Positions 14,455 through 27,939 of a DNA stretch of 64,000 bases are shown in pieces. A program made the translations under genes and the position numbers. Source of the stretch: Eledone cirrhosa (lineage: Eukaryota). Every line of letters starts with the position of its first letter. The stretch's first letter is position 1. The DNA is taken from the NCBI GenBank assembly GCA_964016885.1, contig OZ024740.1:55366001-55430000 (forward strand), read 5' to 3'. The notes under the pieces were generated by a model that worked only from the letters and a program-made list of their open reading frames with translations, made no database searches and was not told the origin of the DNA.

Positions 14455-14599
14455 AGCAAAAGGGATATTCAATTTGTAGGTAATTCAACAAATATAAATG
14501 AATATAACTGATTCAAAGCACTCGACGGGTTTTCTGGAGTATAATATTCAATGATATTAAATAAATGGAAACTATATTTATAAAACCATATTCATTCTA

Positions 14600-14790
14600 T
14601 TATATATATCTCAAGGGTACCAAAACTTTGGTACGCTTTCATCAAATAAATTTTCATCAGATAAATGTTTTATAAATTTTGACATAGCCAAGGAAAAATA
14701 ACTTAACGGTTCAAGTTTTCCTTGTTTAGTCTATCCAAGGAAAACTTGAACCGTTAAGGTATTTTCCTTGGTTATGTCAAAATTTATTCA
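14600..14790. repeat. Fold-back hairpin (~55-bp arms) next to a degenerate minus-strand hammerhead-like motif
   Basis: ATAAATTTTGACATAGCCAAGGAAAA..CTTAACGGTTCAAGTTTTCCTTG and its reverse complement at ~14672-14786; minus strand 14609-14665 reads CTGATGA..GAAA GCGTACC-loop-GGTACCC. Confidence 0.7.
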
Positions 14791-14870
14791 ATTTTTTCTG
14801 GACCGGCAACCGCTCTGTATAATCAGTTCCTGATTATTACTGGAATTCTATAAGAATCCAACATTCATAA

Positions 14871-14960
14871 TTTTCAACAAACAAGGGGAGTGATAATCTC
14901 TGTGGAATACCAACAGTATGAAACAGATCTGTCAGCTTATCTCCCTTTGTTTGTTGAAAA
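14871..14960 (+). ncRNA. Degenerate type I hammerhead ribozyme enclosed by a ~27-bp inverted repeat
   Basis: CT-CTGTGGA-ATAC caaca GTAT-GAAA-CAGATCTG-TC-AG; core differs from CUGAUGA at two positions; arms TTTTCAACAAACAAGGGGAG..ATAA / TTATCTCCCTTTGTTTGTTGAAAA. Confidence 0.6.
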
Positions 14961-15088
14961 AAAGAAGTAAGTGACATTGTCACTACTCTAAAACAATAGC
15001 GTAAGGTATTCAAAATGTTTTTAATTAAGCATACAGTTTATTGAAAAATACACTATATATACATTCATATATATATATGATTTATATA

Positions 15089-15150
<62 letters not shown>

Positions 15151-15151
15151 T

Positions 15152-15198
<47 letters not shown>

Positions 15199-15744
15199 TA
15201 TATAGTAAGCAGCCGAAGTGTATGATAAAGTTATGTATGTATAAATACAGAGTGTGTAAACGAGACTGCGCCAACGGTATAAATCGATATACATATCTAA
15301 TATGTAAACATGTAAACACGCTTGAGTATACACATTTCCCTGTAGATTGAAAAATTAATTATAATCTTTAATCGATTTTCGTATCTTATTGGAGCCTCGT
15401 ATTCATATAAGTATAATTCTATCATACGTTGCGGCTGCTTTATATCTTAATTCTTTACCAATAGTAACGCTAATTATATGCAAATTAGTATGCCCATTTC
15501 AGAATAATACTAAGAGTGAATTTGTATATATACCAATGAAATACATGTTTCCTCGTATTTGATTGGATGTTGCGAGTTTAATAAGATCCGAATATCGATT
15601 AAAGATGATTACAGGTATTAAAGATGTATTCTCTGGAACGTTTACATGCCTACATATTAGATATGTGAATATATTTAAACACGTTGATGCAATTATATAA
15701 ATATATCTTTTTATACACGATTCTATAACTATATATATATATAT

Positions 15745-15802
15745 ATAATTTTGAATGTCTCTCAGCTATATATAGATTTGCAATCATCCATGCATATATA
15801 TA

Positions 15803-15850
<48 letters not shown>

Positions 15851-15900
15851 TGGATGATTGCAAATCTATATAAATAGCTGAGAGATATTCACAATTATAT
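15745..15900. repeat. Palindrome with ~50-bp arms centred on a (TA)n tract
   Basis: GAATGTCTCTCAGCTATATATAGATTTGCAATCATCCATGC-(TA)n-GCATGGATGATTGCAAATCTATATAAATAGCTGAGAGATATTC. Confidence 0.9.
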
Positions 15901-16180
15901 AAGATTATATGATGTGAAGAATCTAGCTTACGTGTAAATCAATGCCCTTCATCGGTAGATAATATATATTCGCTTTTTCCTCTGTAGACCATCACGGTTC
16001 GATCATACTTATTCAAGTTTCAGTTGTTGTTGCAATTATTTAGCCACGTGGAATCTGTGCTGAACAAATCATAGTCATTTCAACACCATTTAACTTGTTA
16101 TTTATATATGTAGGGATAATTATTGTAGAAAGTGTGTGATTTGAGTAAGATTTGTCTGCTTTTTTATCATTAAAATGAAT

Positions 16181-16388
16181 AGGGCGGTGGATTGGCAGTA
16201 AGGGCGGTGGATTGGCAGTATCGGTAGAGGGTCGGACGTTATGCTTTGACGTATAGAGTTACGGCCCTTGCCATTCTGAGTCCAAATCCCGCCGAGGTTA
16301 ACTTTGCCTTTCATCCTTACGGGGTCGACAAAATAAAGAACCAGTAATGCTCTGGGTAATTGCTGGCCTTGTGCCAAACGTAGAAACA
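16181..16388 (+). mobile_element. tRNA-derived SINE with duplicated 20-bp head and 12-bp TSD
   Basis: AGGGCGGTGGATTGGCAGTA twice (16181-16200, 16201-16220); TSD ATTAAAATGAAT at 16169-16180 and 16389-16400. Confidence 0.92.
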
Positions 16389-16582
16389 ATTAAAATGAAT
16401 GTCTCAACATTCCATCTGCCGAATATATATTGTATAAATCGGACTGTTAAGATGGTGACATTGTCTATAAATATATCGCAACCGTAATAATAAATATTTT
16501 GGTTCTACTAATTATGCTTCTAAGAGGTCTGAATTTTGTTTGTATCCAAGATGACTTTCCATATGGTCCAAACGAATTGTTT

Positions 16583-16715
<133 letters not shown>

Positions 16716-17209
16716 GACACTTGAAACAATCGCCTTGGCTAGAGTTCATTTGAATAATACATACTCAGCCTGAGCACGTATGGGTCTTCTCGTGAAATCA
16801 CATCAATTTATAATTTAAGAGTTAATACTCACAAAAAAATGAGGCTGTATAGTCTTTTGGAATTGTAAATGTCTTATAAACTCGATGTGAGTAGATGAAA
16901 ATGTTTCAATAAGCATTCTAGATAATGTATGACCGGGGTTTCTCGAAAAAATGTATCTTTTGCTAAGAACTGCCCTCACTCCGTATCTTAGACGAATTCA
17001 TTCGAAAAATAAATGCAAAACACATATGTAATTTCAAATGAAACATAAACCATAAAATGTAAGAGAAGAACGTAGTCCATAGTATCCATTTAGTAAATAA
17101 AAAAATTGACTCCAGTATATATTTTCTTTTTGTTTATAAAGATACTCTGAATGTAACGCGAGGAATTAGTAATTAATTTAGAAATAAAACCTGCTTATAC
17201 ACCCCCCCC

Positions 17210-17243
<34 letters not shown>

Positions 17244-17341
17244 TAGGTGATTCAGTGAGTTACTAGTGTTGGTACCAAAGCAAGCACTCTATGCACATAT
17301 ACATGTAAACGAAACTTCCTCTTTTTTTTCTAATATATATG

Positions 17342-17454
<113 letters not shown>

Positions 17455-18095
17455 CACTACATATGCATTAAATATGTGAGTATGCATGTGATTATACTAA
17501 AATATACTGTCTAATTCATTGTGGAAATATAATTACATTTGCTTCTATATATCAACAGATATAACTAACACGTAACACATGGGATAGTATCTTGAAATAT
17601 TTACTAATTTCGAAATCAAATAAATCTAACACACGAACATAGTTTGTACTTCACTTGTGGCACCATATCACACAGGCAGATTATAATTTCACACATGTTC
17701 ACAAACACAGGGAGAAACGTACCCGTTTGCACATACAGAATTACATAGACTACCAGAGACACAAAAAAATACAGACACGTACAAACACACACACACCCAA
17801 ACACAGAATGCAATGACAAACCGCTTGTCGTGCTTATCACGTGTGAAGCACACTTTGTAGTTTCCCTGAAGGAAAATTATGAAAAGAATGTCTTAAATAT
17901 ATCGATTTTTACGCCATTCTGTATAAATTGAAACACTTGTGCATGTCTGTGTCATCGTATTCACACACATTTGCACACACACACACATAGAGACATATAT
18001 TTTTCTCTCTTTTTATCTCCCACTGTCTTTCTCCCTCCCTCCCTCTTTCTGTCTCTTACTCCCACATCTCACTCTCTCACTCTCTCTCTCCTCTA

Positions 18096-18243
<148 letters not shown>

Positions 18244-18246
18244 GTA

Positions 18247-18277
<31 letters not shown>

Positions 18278-18610
18278 GCATTCTAGCTTATGCACATAAA
18301 TATAGAGTATTTCATTCAGAAGCAGTCAAAATAAAGTAAACTGAAAGTGAATCGAAGAAAGGAACCATTCCCCAAATGGCTGAAAAAGTCTCTTGAATTT
18401 AGTTGGTACACATAGTATACTAATTATTTATTTATTTTGAGACCATTTTCTTATGACCTCACCTGGCTAACTTCCATCTTTCGTCTATCATGTAATATGA
18501 TGTCTCTTTGTTTTTATCTTCATTACTGTAAATATAGCCACGAATTTTCTATTCATTTGTATGTGCATATAAACAATATTTATATGAATTTATTTTTCTA
18601 TCTTTTACAG

Positions 18611-18914
18611 ACAATTACTTAAAGAGTTAGTGGATTTATTAAACCAAGACAGATCCCCGTTAGGAAATGCTCGCCCTCAGTTAATATTGGAACAAGGCAT
18701 TCAACGGCACTTGACACATTTCAGTTTGATCACTCATGGTTTTGGAAGTCCAGCTGTAGCTGCAGCCCTAACAGCTGTCCAGAACTACCTGAATGAAATG
18801 TTAAAATACCTAGATAAAAACTACCCATCACAAAATTCCCAGGTCTCATCTGCTAACCAACTGGACTCAACTGGCAAAGCAAAATCTGAAAAGGATGAAA
18901 ATCGGAGAGAATGA
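18611..18914 (+). CDS. TFAP2: Transcription factor AP-2, final coding exon
   Basis: Acceptor TCTTTTACAG|A completes the phase-2 Lys codon; reads [69 protein letters not shown]...RRE*, the hallmark AP-2 C-terminal motif; TGA at 18912-18914. Confidence 0.97.
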
Positions 18915-19026
18915 GATTATTTGAGTGTCTTTATGCATACATGTATACATTTTATACATATATATACTTGCATACTGGTGTTTTGGTATGCAGGCAATTA
19001 TAGACATATTTCTACATGAACACATG

Positions 19027-19029
<3 letters not shown>

Positions 19030-19069
<40 letters not shown>

Positions 19070-19322
19070 ATATATATATACATATATATACACATATATA
19101 CATATATGTGTGTGTATATATAGTCATATATACGTATGTATATATACATATATATATACACACATATATATATTTATATATATATATATATACTTATACA
19201 AGTATATATGCACATATGTATATACATATATATATGTATATACATATACATATGCATATATATGTATATACATATATATATATATACACATATATATATA
19301 TACATATATATATGCATGTATA

Positions 19323-19395
<73 letters not shown>

Positions 19396-19430
19396 TATAT
19401 ATATATACATATATATATATACACATATGG
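19030..19430. repeat. Long imperfect (TA)n microsatellite just downstream of the AP-2 stop codon
   Basis: Directly visible; probably within the 3' UTR (inference). Confidence 0.93.
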
Positions 19431-22400
19431 GCATATAGAAACCAGTCAAAACACATATTTTTATACCTACATATGCTCTTGTGTATGTGTATATTTATAT
19501 GTCAATGTATGCATATATTTATGTATGTATGTACTTATGCGTATATGCACATAAGAGTTCTAAAAACTCAAAGAAGCCATGAAATGGTTACGTCAAAATC
19601 ATAACTCATACGAAATAACGGATGAATAAGGCAAAGGAACAAGCGGTGACAAATCAAACATTCACAAAAATGGAAAAATTTAATTGACAATCAAAACTTC
19701 AAAACAATACAAGAGTCATTCATACGAAATAATGTCTTTTTTAAAAGAAAAACAGAATGGTATCCACTTTAGGTATAGCATTACCACTCATTTCTGCTAA
19801 CGGGGAAATGATTTACTCTTTAAGCTGATTGCCAATTCGGAAGGTGTCACTAATAAATAATAGAAATTGGACTGCTAAACGCATGAGTGTGCAGTCTCAC
19901 CACGGGTCACTGCTCATTGAGATATATCTATAAGGAAAATATAAAAACACATCAAACATCTATTCTTTACGGAAAAATTCAAATTTATTAGGTTTTGTTC
20001 TAAGATGGAACAGAAATTTCCAGATAGTCACCATAAAAAATTGTTTGATCCTAAGTTAATTCTTTACTGCAAAACAAAACAACAACAGAAAAAACAATAA
20101 ATGGTATTTAAAAATAAAGTACCGAAAACTGAAAATGTAACAAAGACGATAAAGAAATAAACATAAACATAAACAAAAAATGAAGACATAACTCTTCATC
20201 ACCACAAGAACGAAACAAATACAAAACAAATTACAAGAATATCTTGCCAAGTGTTAAGTGGTTTACTTTCGGTCTTGCTTCCGTGTATATGACTGTTAAA
20301 AATGCTCTGTAAACTATATGAAAAACGCTTTATAAAATCCTGTGCATTGTCAAACTAAGCAACTTATTTAAAAAAAAAGAAAAAAAATCAACATCTTATG
20401 ACATAACCAATCAAAACGCACGCATATATATATAAACATACACACACAAACAAATTTAAATATGAAACAAAAACAGTGTTTTTGGTATGAATGGTGGAAC
20501 AATGTAGTGAATGAAATGCATGTGAATTTCTAACATATCCCCTCCCCAGATACGCATTACAAACATATTAAAAAGATAAAGAAAAATCCCGAGAACATTT
20601 AGAAACTTTTAATATCTATGATCCACGTACAATGACAATTGCATAAACCAGAACAATACAAAGATGAAAGTTTATAAAATAACTACTTAAAACTGAATAC
20701 AGAAAACTGAAAGGTTTTTTAACATTTTGAAAAAAAAATATTTAAAATATTAAAACACACAGAAAAAAAATTCAAACTATTGATTTGTAAAACCCTGGGT
20801 GAATGCGACGTCCATTCCTTGATTTGGAATTTTCCTTCCCATCACCACCTTTGAAAAAATGAAAAAAGTTAGAATGATAAAGATATTATTAATTAATAAT
20901 AATTATAATTATAACGATAATAATAATAATGATAATAATTTTAACAATAATAAGAATGCTGGTGGCGGTGGTATTGATAATATAAATAATAAAACATTTG
21001 GTCGAAAAGTGGCATTCCAGTTTACTATGTGTACTTGGGGGAATATCTGAAAAGTTCCTGATCGGATGTCGTTTGAAAAGATTCCGGTTTTTAGGGAAGT
21101 AAACATCCTGGGTATGATCTTTGCTGTTTTTGTCGTGCAATCTTCTTCCTCAAATTAGAACAAAAGAAAATATATATAAGAAAATTATTATTATAATAAT
21201 TATAATAATTATAATAATTCATTCCTCTACTGAAAGAAATAGGTTCTAAGTTTGAGAATGACGCAGAAAATTGGCATTACTAAAGTTTGTAAAAATTCGT
21301 TCAGAGAACAACAGCCTAAAAGTCTTTATTGATTCGTATGGCTTCTAAATAGTTTCAAGTTTTTTGGTAGTGTGTCATGTTGTATAGAACAATAAGTCAA
21401 TGGGACATCCTAGCAGACCTGCATGTGCCATAAAAAATGGATATTACGTTTCTCTTTACGCTATATGACATCATCGCCATGGAAATTTATAATTATAATT
21501 ATAATTATAATTATAAATAATAATTATTATCATTATTATTAACACCATGGTCATTACTTCTTTTTTTATAATTATCCACGAATTTAAAAATGTCACCATA
21601 AATTTACTAAATTCCATTTTATCTTTCGTTTATTGACTTAACTCTTTGTATTAAACTTACATTACATTTTTCACTTGGAGGCTTACTGTTTCATAAAATA
21701 TATAGACTATGTATCAATGATTTCTGTTACTAAATGTTTCTTTTTTTATATTTGACAACTTTTTTGTATACATATGCTACAAACAAATGTATTTCCTTGT
21801 AAATACACGATACGTTTAAGGAAATTCTTCTAAGTATCCAATTAGGAATATTCTATTAAGTACACAAGTATTGAAAAGACTGAGAGCCGACTTACAGAAT
21901 ATAAGTGAAGCAGAGTTGATGATACATCAAAAGTTTAACGCAAATTTTAAAGTGTAAGGGGACTGTAACATAAAGTACACCATAATTGGAATTCTTTAGC
22001 TTGGGGTGAATTTCAGTCGAAATGATACACATGTTCTGGAATGCAATATTTCAATATAAATGTGTTATTATTATCGCAGTATAAAGAAATATTATGTAGT
22101 TCACACTCTTGCTTTACTGTTCTATCTTATTAACTTTCAATTTGCAGCTATTTAACACCTTTTCCGGATGTACATTTTAAATGATGTTTTCTCTAGTTGA
22201 TTCAAGGTACTAAATAATTTCAGCATATATGCCGCACGTTTATAACAGTGGCACTAAAAATACGTATTCAATGTACAAGTGTACAAAAAATAATAAAACC
22301 AGATCTCCTAGTTTTAAAATAAGTAGGAAAATTTAAGATTAATAAAATGCTATTAAAAATCGTTCAGAGATCAGCGATGCCAAGAAAGATATAATTTCAA

Positions 22401-23375
22401 TTTAGAGGAAAATGCTTTAATTTCATTTAACTGAAATATTATTTCGGTGCTATCGTGTGAAATAGGAAATTTTTGTAGAGCAGACTAAAAATTACCAATT
22501 ATTTACATTTCAGTGAGTAAGGTCTATAGAAAATTTTTTTAGAGAGAATTATATTTTTCGAAATTTATACTTAGCTTAAATCATTGGAAACGTTTTTCGT
22601 GAGTTTATTCTAGGACTGGAATTTTTAACTTACAATCTCAAACAAGAATAATTGTTTTACGATGAATATATTAGAGTTGAATGTCATGTGTCATTTCTTT
22701 AGGACATAAACATAATGTCAAACATCAACAATAGAAACAAATAACATATCAATACTTCTTTAAATTAAAAAAATCATGTAAATAGTAATCGACAAATTGT
22801 GGTAATTCTTAGAAACTAAATGTTCAGTGTTATACGGTACTGGATCACCATGTCATAGCTATTTATTGGAAATCCACTAAAGAGTATCGATGTTTGTTTA
22901 AGCAAGATGCATCATTCAATGCCGCACTAAATTTTATTTAGTTCGTGGCTAGAGGTACAATTTTTTTGAACATTTTAACTAAGCTAGACATAGGTGCTAT
23001 ATTGAGAAACATATTGTATGCAGATGTTGGGTACCGCTACTTATTTCTATCTGTTCACCATTGGGTTCTCCAGAGAAAATGCACCTATACGAATTTATTA
23101 CCACGTATTCGCAAATTAGAAAATATACATAAATTATGAGGTCAATTCCATTGGAATTTAAACAATGGTAAAAAACCCCAATTCGCTCTGCATAATGGAA
23201 GACACAAAAATGGAAATCAAAATATTCTATTATATGAAAGATAAAATAGATACTAAGCATTAATTAGACAATTGGTGGGATACATGACTAGACAACTGAA
23301 TGATTGGACAAAGAAAGGTTTACACACACATACACATAAAAAAACGCATGCACATACATGCACACACACACACCC

Positions 23376-23439
<64 letters not shown>

Positions 23440-23767
23440 AAACTTGTATATATATATATGTATATATATGTATATATATATATATATGTATATATATATG
23501 TATATATATATGTGTGTGCGTGTACGCTTATATACATATGTGTTTGTGTAAATAAATGCATCTGCGAAATTATTAAATATACATGCAGGTATTCTTAGAA
23601 AGACATACACATTACATATATCTAACTCATATATTAATAGGAAACATGAGATAGATATCTCATCGATAGATCAATTGAATGATTGAGAGATGTAGGGATA
23701 TCCCATCGCCATTTACAATATATATATAAACAAAATGTAATTTCGCTCTAACATGGCGGATACCTAA

Positions 23768-24175
23768 ACGTATTCGTTAGTGAATAATAATAATATTATA
23801 ATATTATTAATATTCGGTTCGTTTGTAGGCAAACATCCTCGTAACACCATGTAGGTTTTCTAGATGACTAACGTCATCCTTTTTTTCCAGCGGTAGTGGA
23901 GTGAATATAGTTGGCAATTGTTGCGGAGTACTCCTTTCAGAATACTATGTATTCTCAGCAGTTCCAACGGGTAACAGTGACGAGAGGATATATAGTCATG
24001 ATAAGGGACAATAACTCCGAAACAATTGTCGACTATTTTCTCTCTGCTACAGCAGGATCAAGAGGATGATGTCAGTCATCTAAAAAACATACATGGTGTA
24101 ATGCGGCTGTTTGCTTGCAAACAAACCGAGTATTAGTAATATTACTATATTATTATTACTCATTCACGAATACGT
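23768..24175. mobile_element. ~410-bp imperfect palindrome made of two inverted Penelope-like pLTR copies
   Basis: Arms pair from ACGTATTCGT / ACGAATACGT inward to ~23965; right arm holds a hammerhead; ~24060-24140 is homologous to the minus strand of 33695-33780. Confidence 0.78.
23993..24035 (+). ncRNA. Minimal type I hammerhead ribozyme with two core mutations
   Basis: TAGTC-ATGATAA-G-GGA caataac TCC-GAAA-CAATTG-TC-GACTA: 5-bp stem I, palindromic stem III, GUC site; ATGATAA replaces CTGATGA. Confidence 0.68.
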
Positions 24176-24261
24176 ATATATATACATACGGTGGTCAAGT
24201 ATGAAATTTGTAGAAATTTGCTTTTTTTCTACACATTTCTACACATTTCATACTTTCCGCC

Positions 24262-24312
<51 letters not shown>

Positions 24313-25129
24313 ATATGAGCACCACATGCTCGTTATGTTTGATATGATCTTTGATAGAGTTACTTAAAACAATTATTTAGAATTTATGATAAAGGTTATT
24401 TCTATTTGTTTTCTTCGGGGATCGATCTCTTCTAATACAACTGTAAGCCTCTAGGTTTGGCTTTCTTTTTTACTACAATATGTTCTTTATACATATTTAA
24501 GTTCTCGGTTTGAAAAGAAAACTGTTACCTATAATAGTTAATTTTAATGAATAGTACATGCATTTTTACAACTGTTTTTTTTTTTAATCAAAATGTTGGT
24601 TTCATGCAAGATGTCTATGGAAAACAAACAGCAAAGTTTTTACCCTGCCCTTTCCATCATGACAACATCCGATGTACTTCATAGAAAGCAGAAAGGAGGT
24701 CATATTCTTTTAAGTCCAAACTTTTCTCTATTTGTTGAAACTGATTCGTCAGATGTTGACTATTGCATTGCGTATTTGTCTTCTTGACAAGACATATTTC
24801 CAATGTAATAGGGATTCATACCATTCTTTCTGTATTTAGACACAACGTATTGTCCAAAATCTTATCTAATTTCATAAATTCAACCAGTAAGAATTTATCC
24901 AAAATAAAAAAGTACAATATTCCGTGACTGTATAATTGTTTCTTATCTTGTATATTTATTTTGTCATCTTTTCATACAAAACTATTGCTGAATTATTTCC
25001 TACTCATCTGAACTGACACAAATGTTGAAAAAGACTTTAACTAATTCATTACATCAACATGGGTTAATAAACCTTTAGTTAGTTGCTGGTTACTTAATCT
25101 ATATTAACTTTAGCACTTAACCTGTCATT

Positions 25130-25313
25130 AGTGAATTGGCAGTATCGGTAAAGGGTCGGACGCCATGCTTTGCAGCATAGAGTTACTGCCCTTTACAGTC
25201 TCAGTTCAAATCCTGCCAATGTTAACTTTGCCTTTCATCCTTACGGTGTGGATAAAATAAAGTACCAGTAATGTACTGGGATAATTGCTGGCCTTGTGCC
25301 AAAAGTAGAAACA
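25130..25313 (+). mobile_element. tRNA-derived SINE copy
   Basis: Aligns with 12508-12690; ends in an (ATT)n tract shared with the adjacent R4-like tail. Confidence 0.88.
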
Positions 25314-25905
25314 ATTATTATTATTATTATTTGCATTTATCTTGCTTTATGTTTATACGAGTTATCACCAAGTCACAACCAGTGACCTCAAGAGACAACA
25401 AGGTCCGCCATGTTCAAGAAAGAACCTACATACACACACATGCATCTTTAGGTGTTTAGACTTGTGATGTACATATATTGACATAATCTTCCTTAGTATA
25501 TGGGCAGTTCCCATTAGTACTATCTTTTATATTTCTCTTATACGCGGGTTTAGTGGGATTTGCGATAAGTAATCATTCCTAGAGCGCCTACAACCACTGG
25601 TATTGTTTTAGTTCTCAATTTCCACATTTTTCCAATTTCTATCTCCAGGTCCTTAAATTTGCTCAATTTTTCAAATGTTTTTATAGATACATTCTTGTCT
25701 ATTGGAACGGACATATCAATTAGCAGTCATACCCTCTTTTTAAAGTCCTTCAGTATTATATCAGGTCTAATTGCATCTATTTTTCGGTCTGTTTGGATGC
25801 TAAAGTACCACAAGATTGAGATGTGATCTTTTTCAAGTATGGGAGGTGGTTGATGCTCCCACCAATTCTTTTGAAGGGGCAGGTCAAAATGCTTACACAT
25901 TATCC
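25314..25905 (-). mobile_element. R4/Dong-like 3' fragment, close relative of the 215-1215 copy
   Basis: Reverse complement matches ~633-1215 (MCKHFDLPLQKNWWEHQPPP...IRPDIILKDFKKRV and the same 3' UTR) with a short internal deletion. Confidence 0.9.
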
Positions 25906-25919
25906 AATGTTTTTTTAAA

Positions 25920-25947
<28 letters not shown>

Positions 25948-25951
<4 letters not shown>

Positions 25952-26286
25952 TTCAAGTTTCACCTAGAAAGAAAGGTGAGGGTGGAGAGAGAAGTGGTGC
26001 CCCCCCCCACCAGTACATTTGCTAAAAGGTGGATGAACGTGGCGAGAATGGCCGGTGTGAATGGGCCTACTCTGATCATGCGCCTATAGGCTAGCTATTT
26101 ATTTTCTTATATTTATGCATAGTTTATTTTATATTTTTATATCTTCATTGTTAAATTAGTCTTGCCATTGTGCACTTTTACTCGACCTTATTGTAAACCC
26201 CCACTGTCCCTGTCTTTGTATTGTCCCCTACATGTCGGCCCTTGTGGCTAATAAATGAAATCATTATTATTATTATTATTATTATT
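25948..26286 (+). mobile_element. 3' fragment of an L1/Tx1-type LINE related to 57640-63702
   Basis: YFKFHLERKVRVEREV...KRWMNVARMAGVNGPTLIMRL* parallels ORF2 end FFKFHLKRKIRVEKEV...ERWVREARMARVNGPTLSIYL; ends CCCTTGTGGCTAATAAATGAAATC(ATT)n; (TTA)n on both sides. Confidence 0.88.
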
Positions 26287-26497
26287 AAGGGTGTTGGAAT
26301 AGCAGTATCGGTAGAGCATCGGACAACATCCTTTGTGTCATAGAGTTACGCTCCTTAACGCTCTGGCTACTAATCTCGCCGAGGTTAGCATGTCTTTCAT
26401 CCTTACAGGGGTCGATAAAATAATGTGCTCGGGTCAATTTAATCGATATTCCTCTCCTCCAAACTTCTTGTCCTTGTGCCTAAATCAGAAACAATTA
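26287..26497 (+). mobile_element. Older variant of the tRNA-derived SINE
   Basis: GCAGTATCGGTAGAG...CGCCGAGGTTA..TTTCATCCTTACAGGGGTCGATAAAATAA, a longer 3' segment, and CCTTGTGCCTAAATCAGAAACAATTATT end. Confidence 0.8.
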
Positions 26498-27545
26498 TTA
26501 GTATTATAATCACCAATAGAATTGTTGATGCTTACTCTCACTATACTACGTATTACAATTTTTTGCGCATAGAAGACATGCTGTAATTTTTAACATATTT
26601 ATATTGGCTGGTGTATTTTCCAAGGTACCAAATCCACAACACAGTCATGCCAGCTGTTGTATTATTTTATGGGTAAGCATGGACATCCATAGACATTGTA
26701 GTCAATTGTTTTCTTCTTAACCATTCTACTTCATTACACGCTTTGCTATTTTCTGGCAGGAAAATTTGATCAGGTGCAAGCAACAATAATACAGCCTTAA
26801 CATTGCAGACTTGTAATTTTCAACATGCGTTGCAACTTTTAGTTTTCTGTTTCTAAGTTGCTCAGATTTTTCGCAGCTTTTAAAGGCTTCATTTGATATA
26901 ATTTTAACATTCTGTAACATTGTTTTATCCAAGTGATTAGCTTTTTCGTAGTTTCTGGAGTGACTGCTAATTTCTCCTCACAAATCGTTGTTACTTACGC
27001 CGTTGTTTCGTAATTATTGGTATCCTTGAAAACAGACAACAGTTCCTTGTTATGTTTGTACTTTGTTGCTGTTTATATTAGTTCTTTGTTATTTTTTACT
27101 AGATATTTGTGTAGTTCTACATTGCATATTTTATTCTAGATTTTCTAAGTTCATGGTAAATATATATTTATTCTCAGATTTAGAATAATGTATTCTAAAT
27201 GCAGGCATTATTTTTCTTGTTTTTTTCAATCTAGTCTTTCTAGTGCATTCAGTGTTCAATTGAAGATATTATGACTATTAATTTTTTCTGAGATAACTAG
27301 GGTATGGATGCGTATTGCCATATGCCATATATTTGGCAATATCTAATCTTCTAAGTATTAATCTATTGAGTCTATAATATTCCTTTCTCACTCCACCTTT
27401 TCTATGGTTTCAACGTGTTAATTCTCTGTTACAATCATTGATGTTTAAGTATTCGTTAGTCAACGTTTAGATAATTCTCTTATCTCTATTTCTTTACCAA
27501 GCATATTAAGAAAATTTATATTTTTCTTAAATATTTGTCATCAAA

Positions 27546-27547
<2 letters not shown>

Positions 27548-27637
<90 letters not shown>

Positions 27638-27638
27638 A
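27548..27638. repeat. Compound (GCT)n(ACT)n trinucleotide microsatellite
   Basis: Directly visible; no exon context seen. Confidence 0.95.
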
Positions 27639-27939
27639 ACACAGTTCTTTTCCTATAAGTGTGTAAACTGTAAAAGAAAGATCGACTGGGCACACAAGCT
27701 ATTAACCATCGCGACTTTGATATTCCAATACAAATGTAAATCAGGAGACGAAGAAAACAATAGTAATATCATCTGTGTTATAATAATAATTCTGATGTCG
27801 GTGATAGTAATGTTAATCATAATAATAATAATAATGAAGGGGCCAAAATGTTACACCCTGTAACAAAGAATGCGAAAATTACCTTGGAGAAATACAAAAA
27901 GTATGGCCAGAAGCAACTGGCACAACTGTTTCCCCTACT

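Noticed and set aside
27548-27638. Poly-Ala/Gln coding repeat
   Set aside because: No splice sites or surrounding open frame; intergenic microsatellite.
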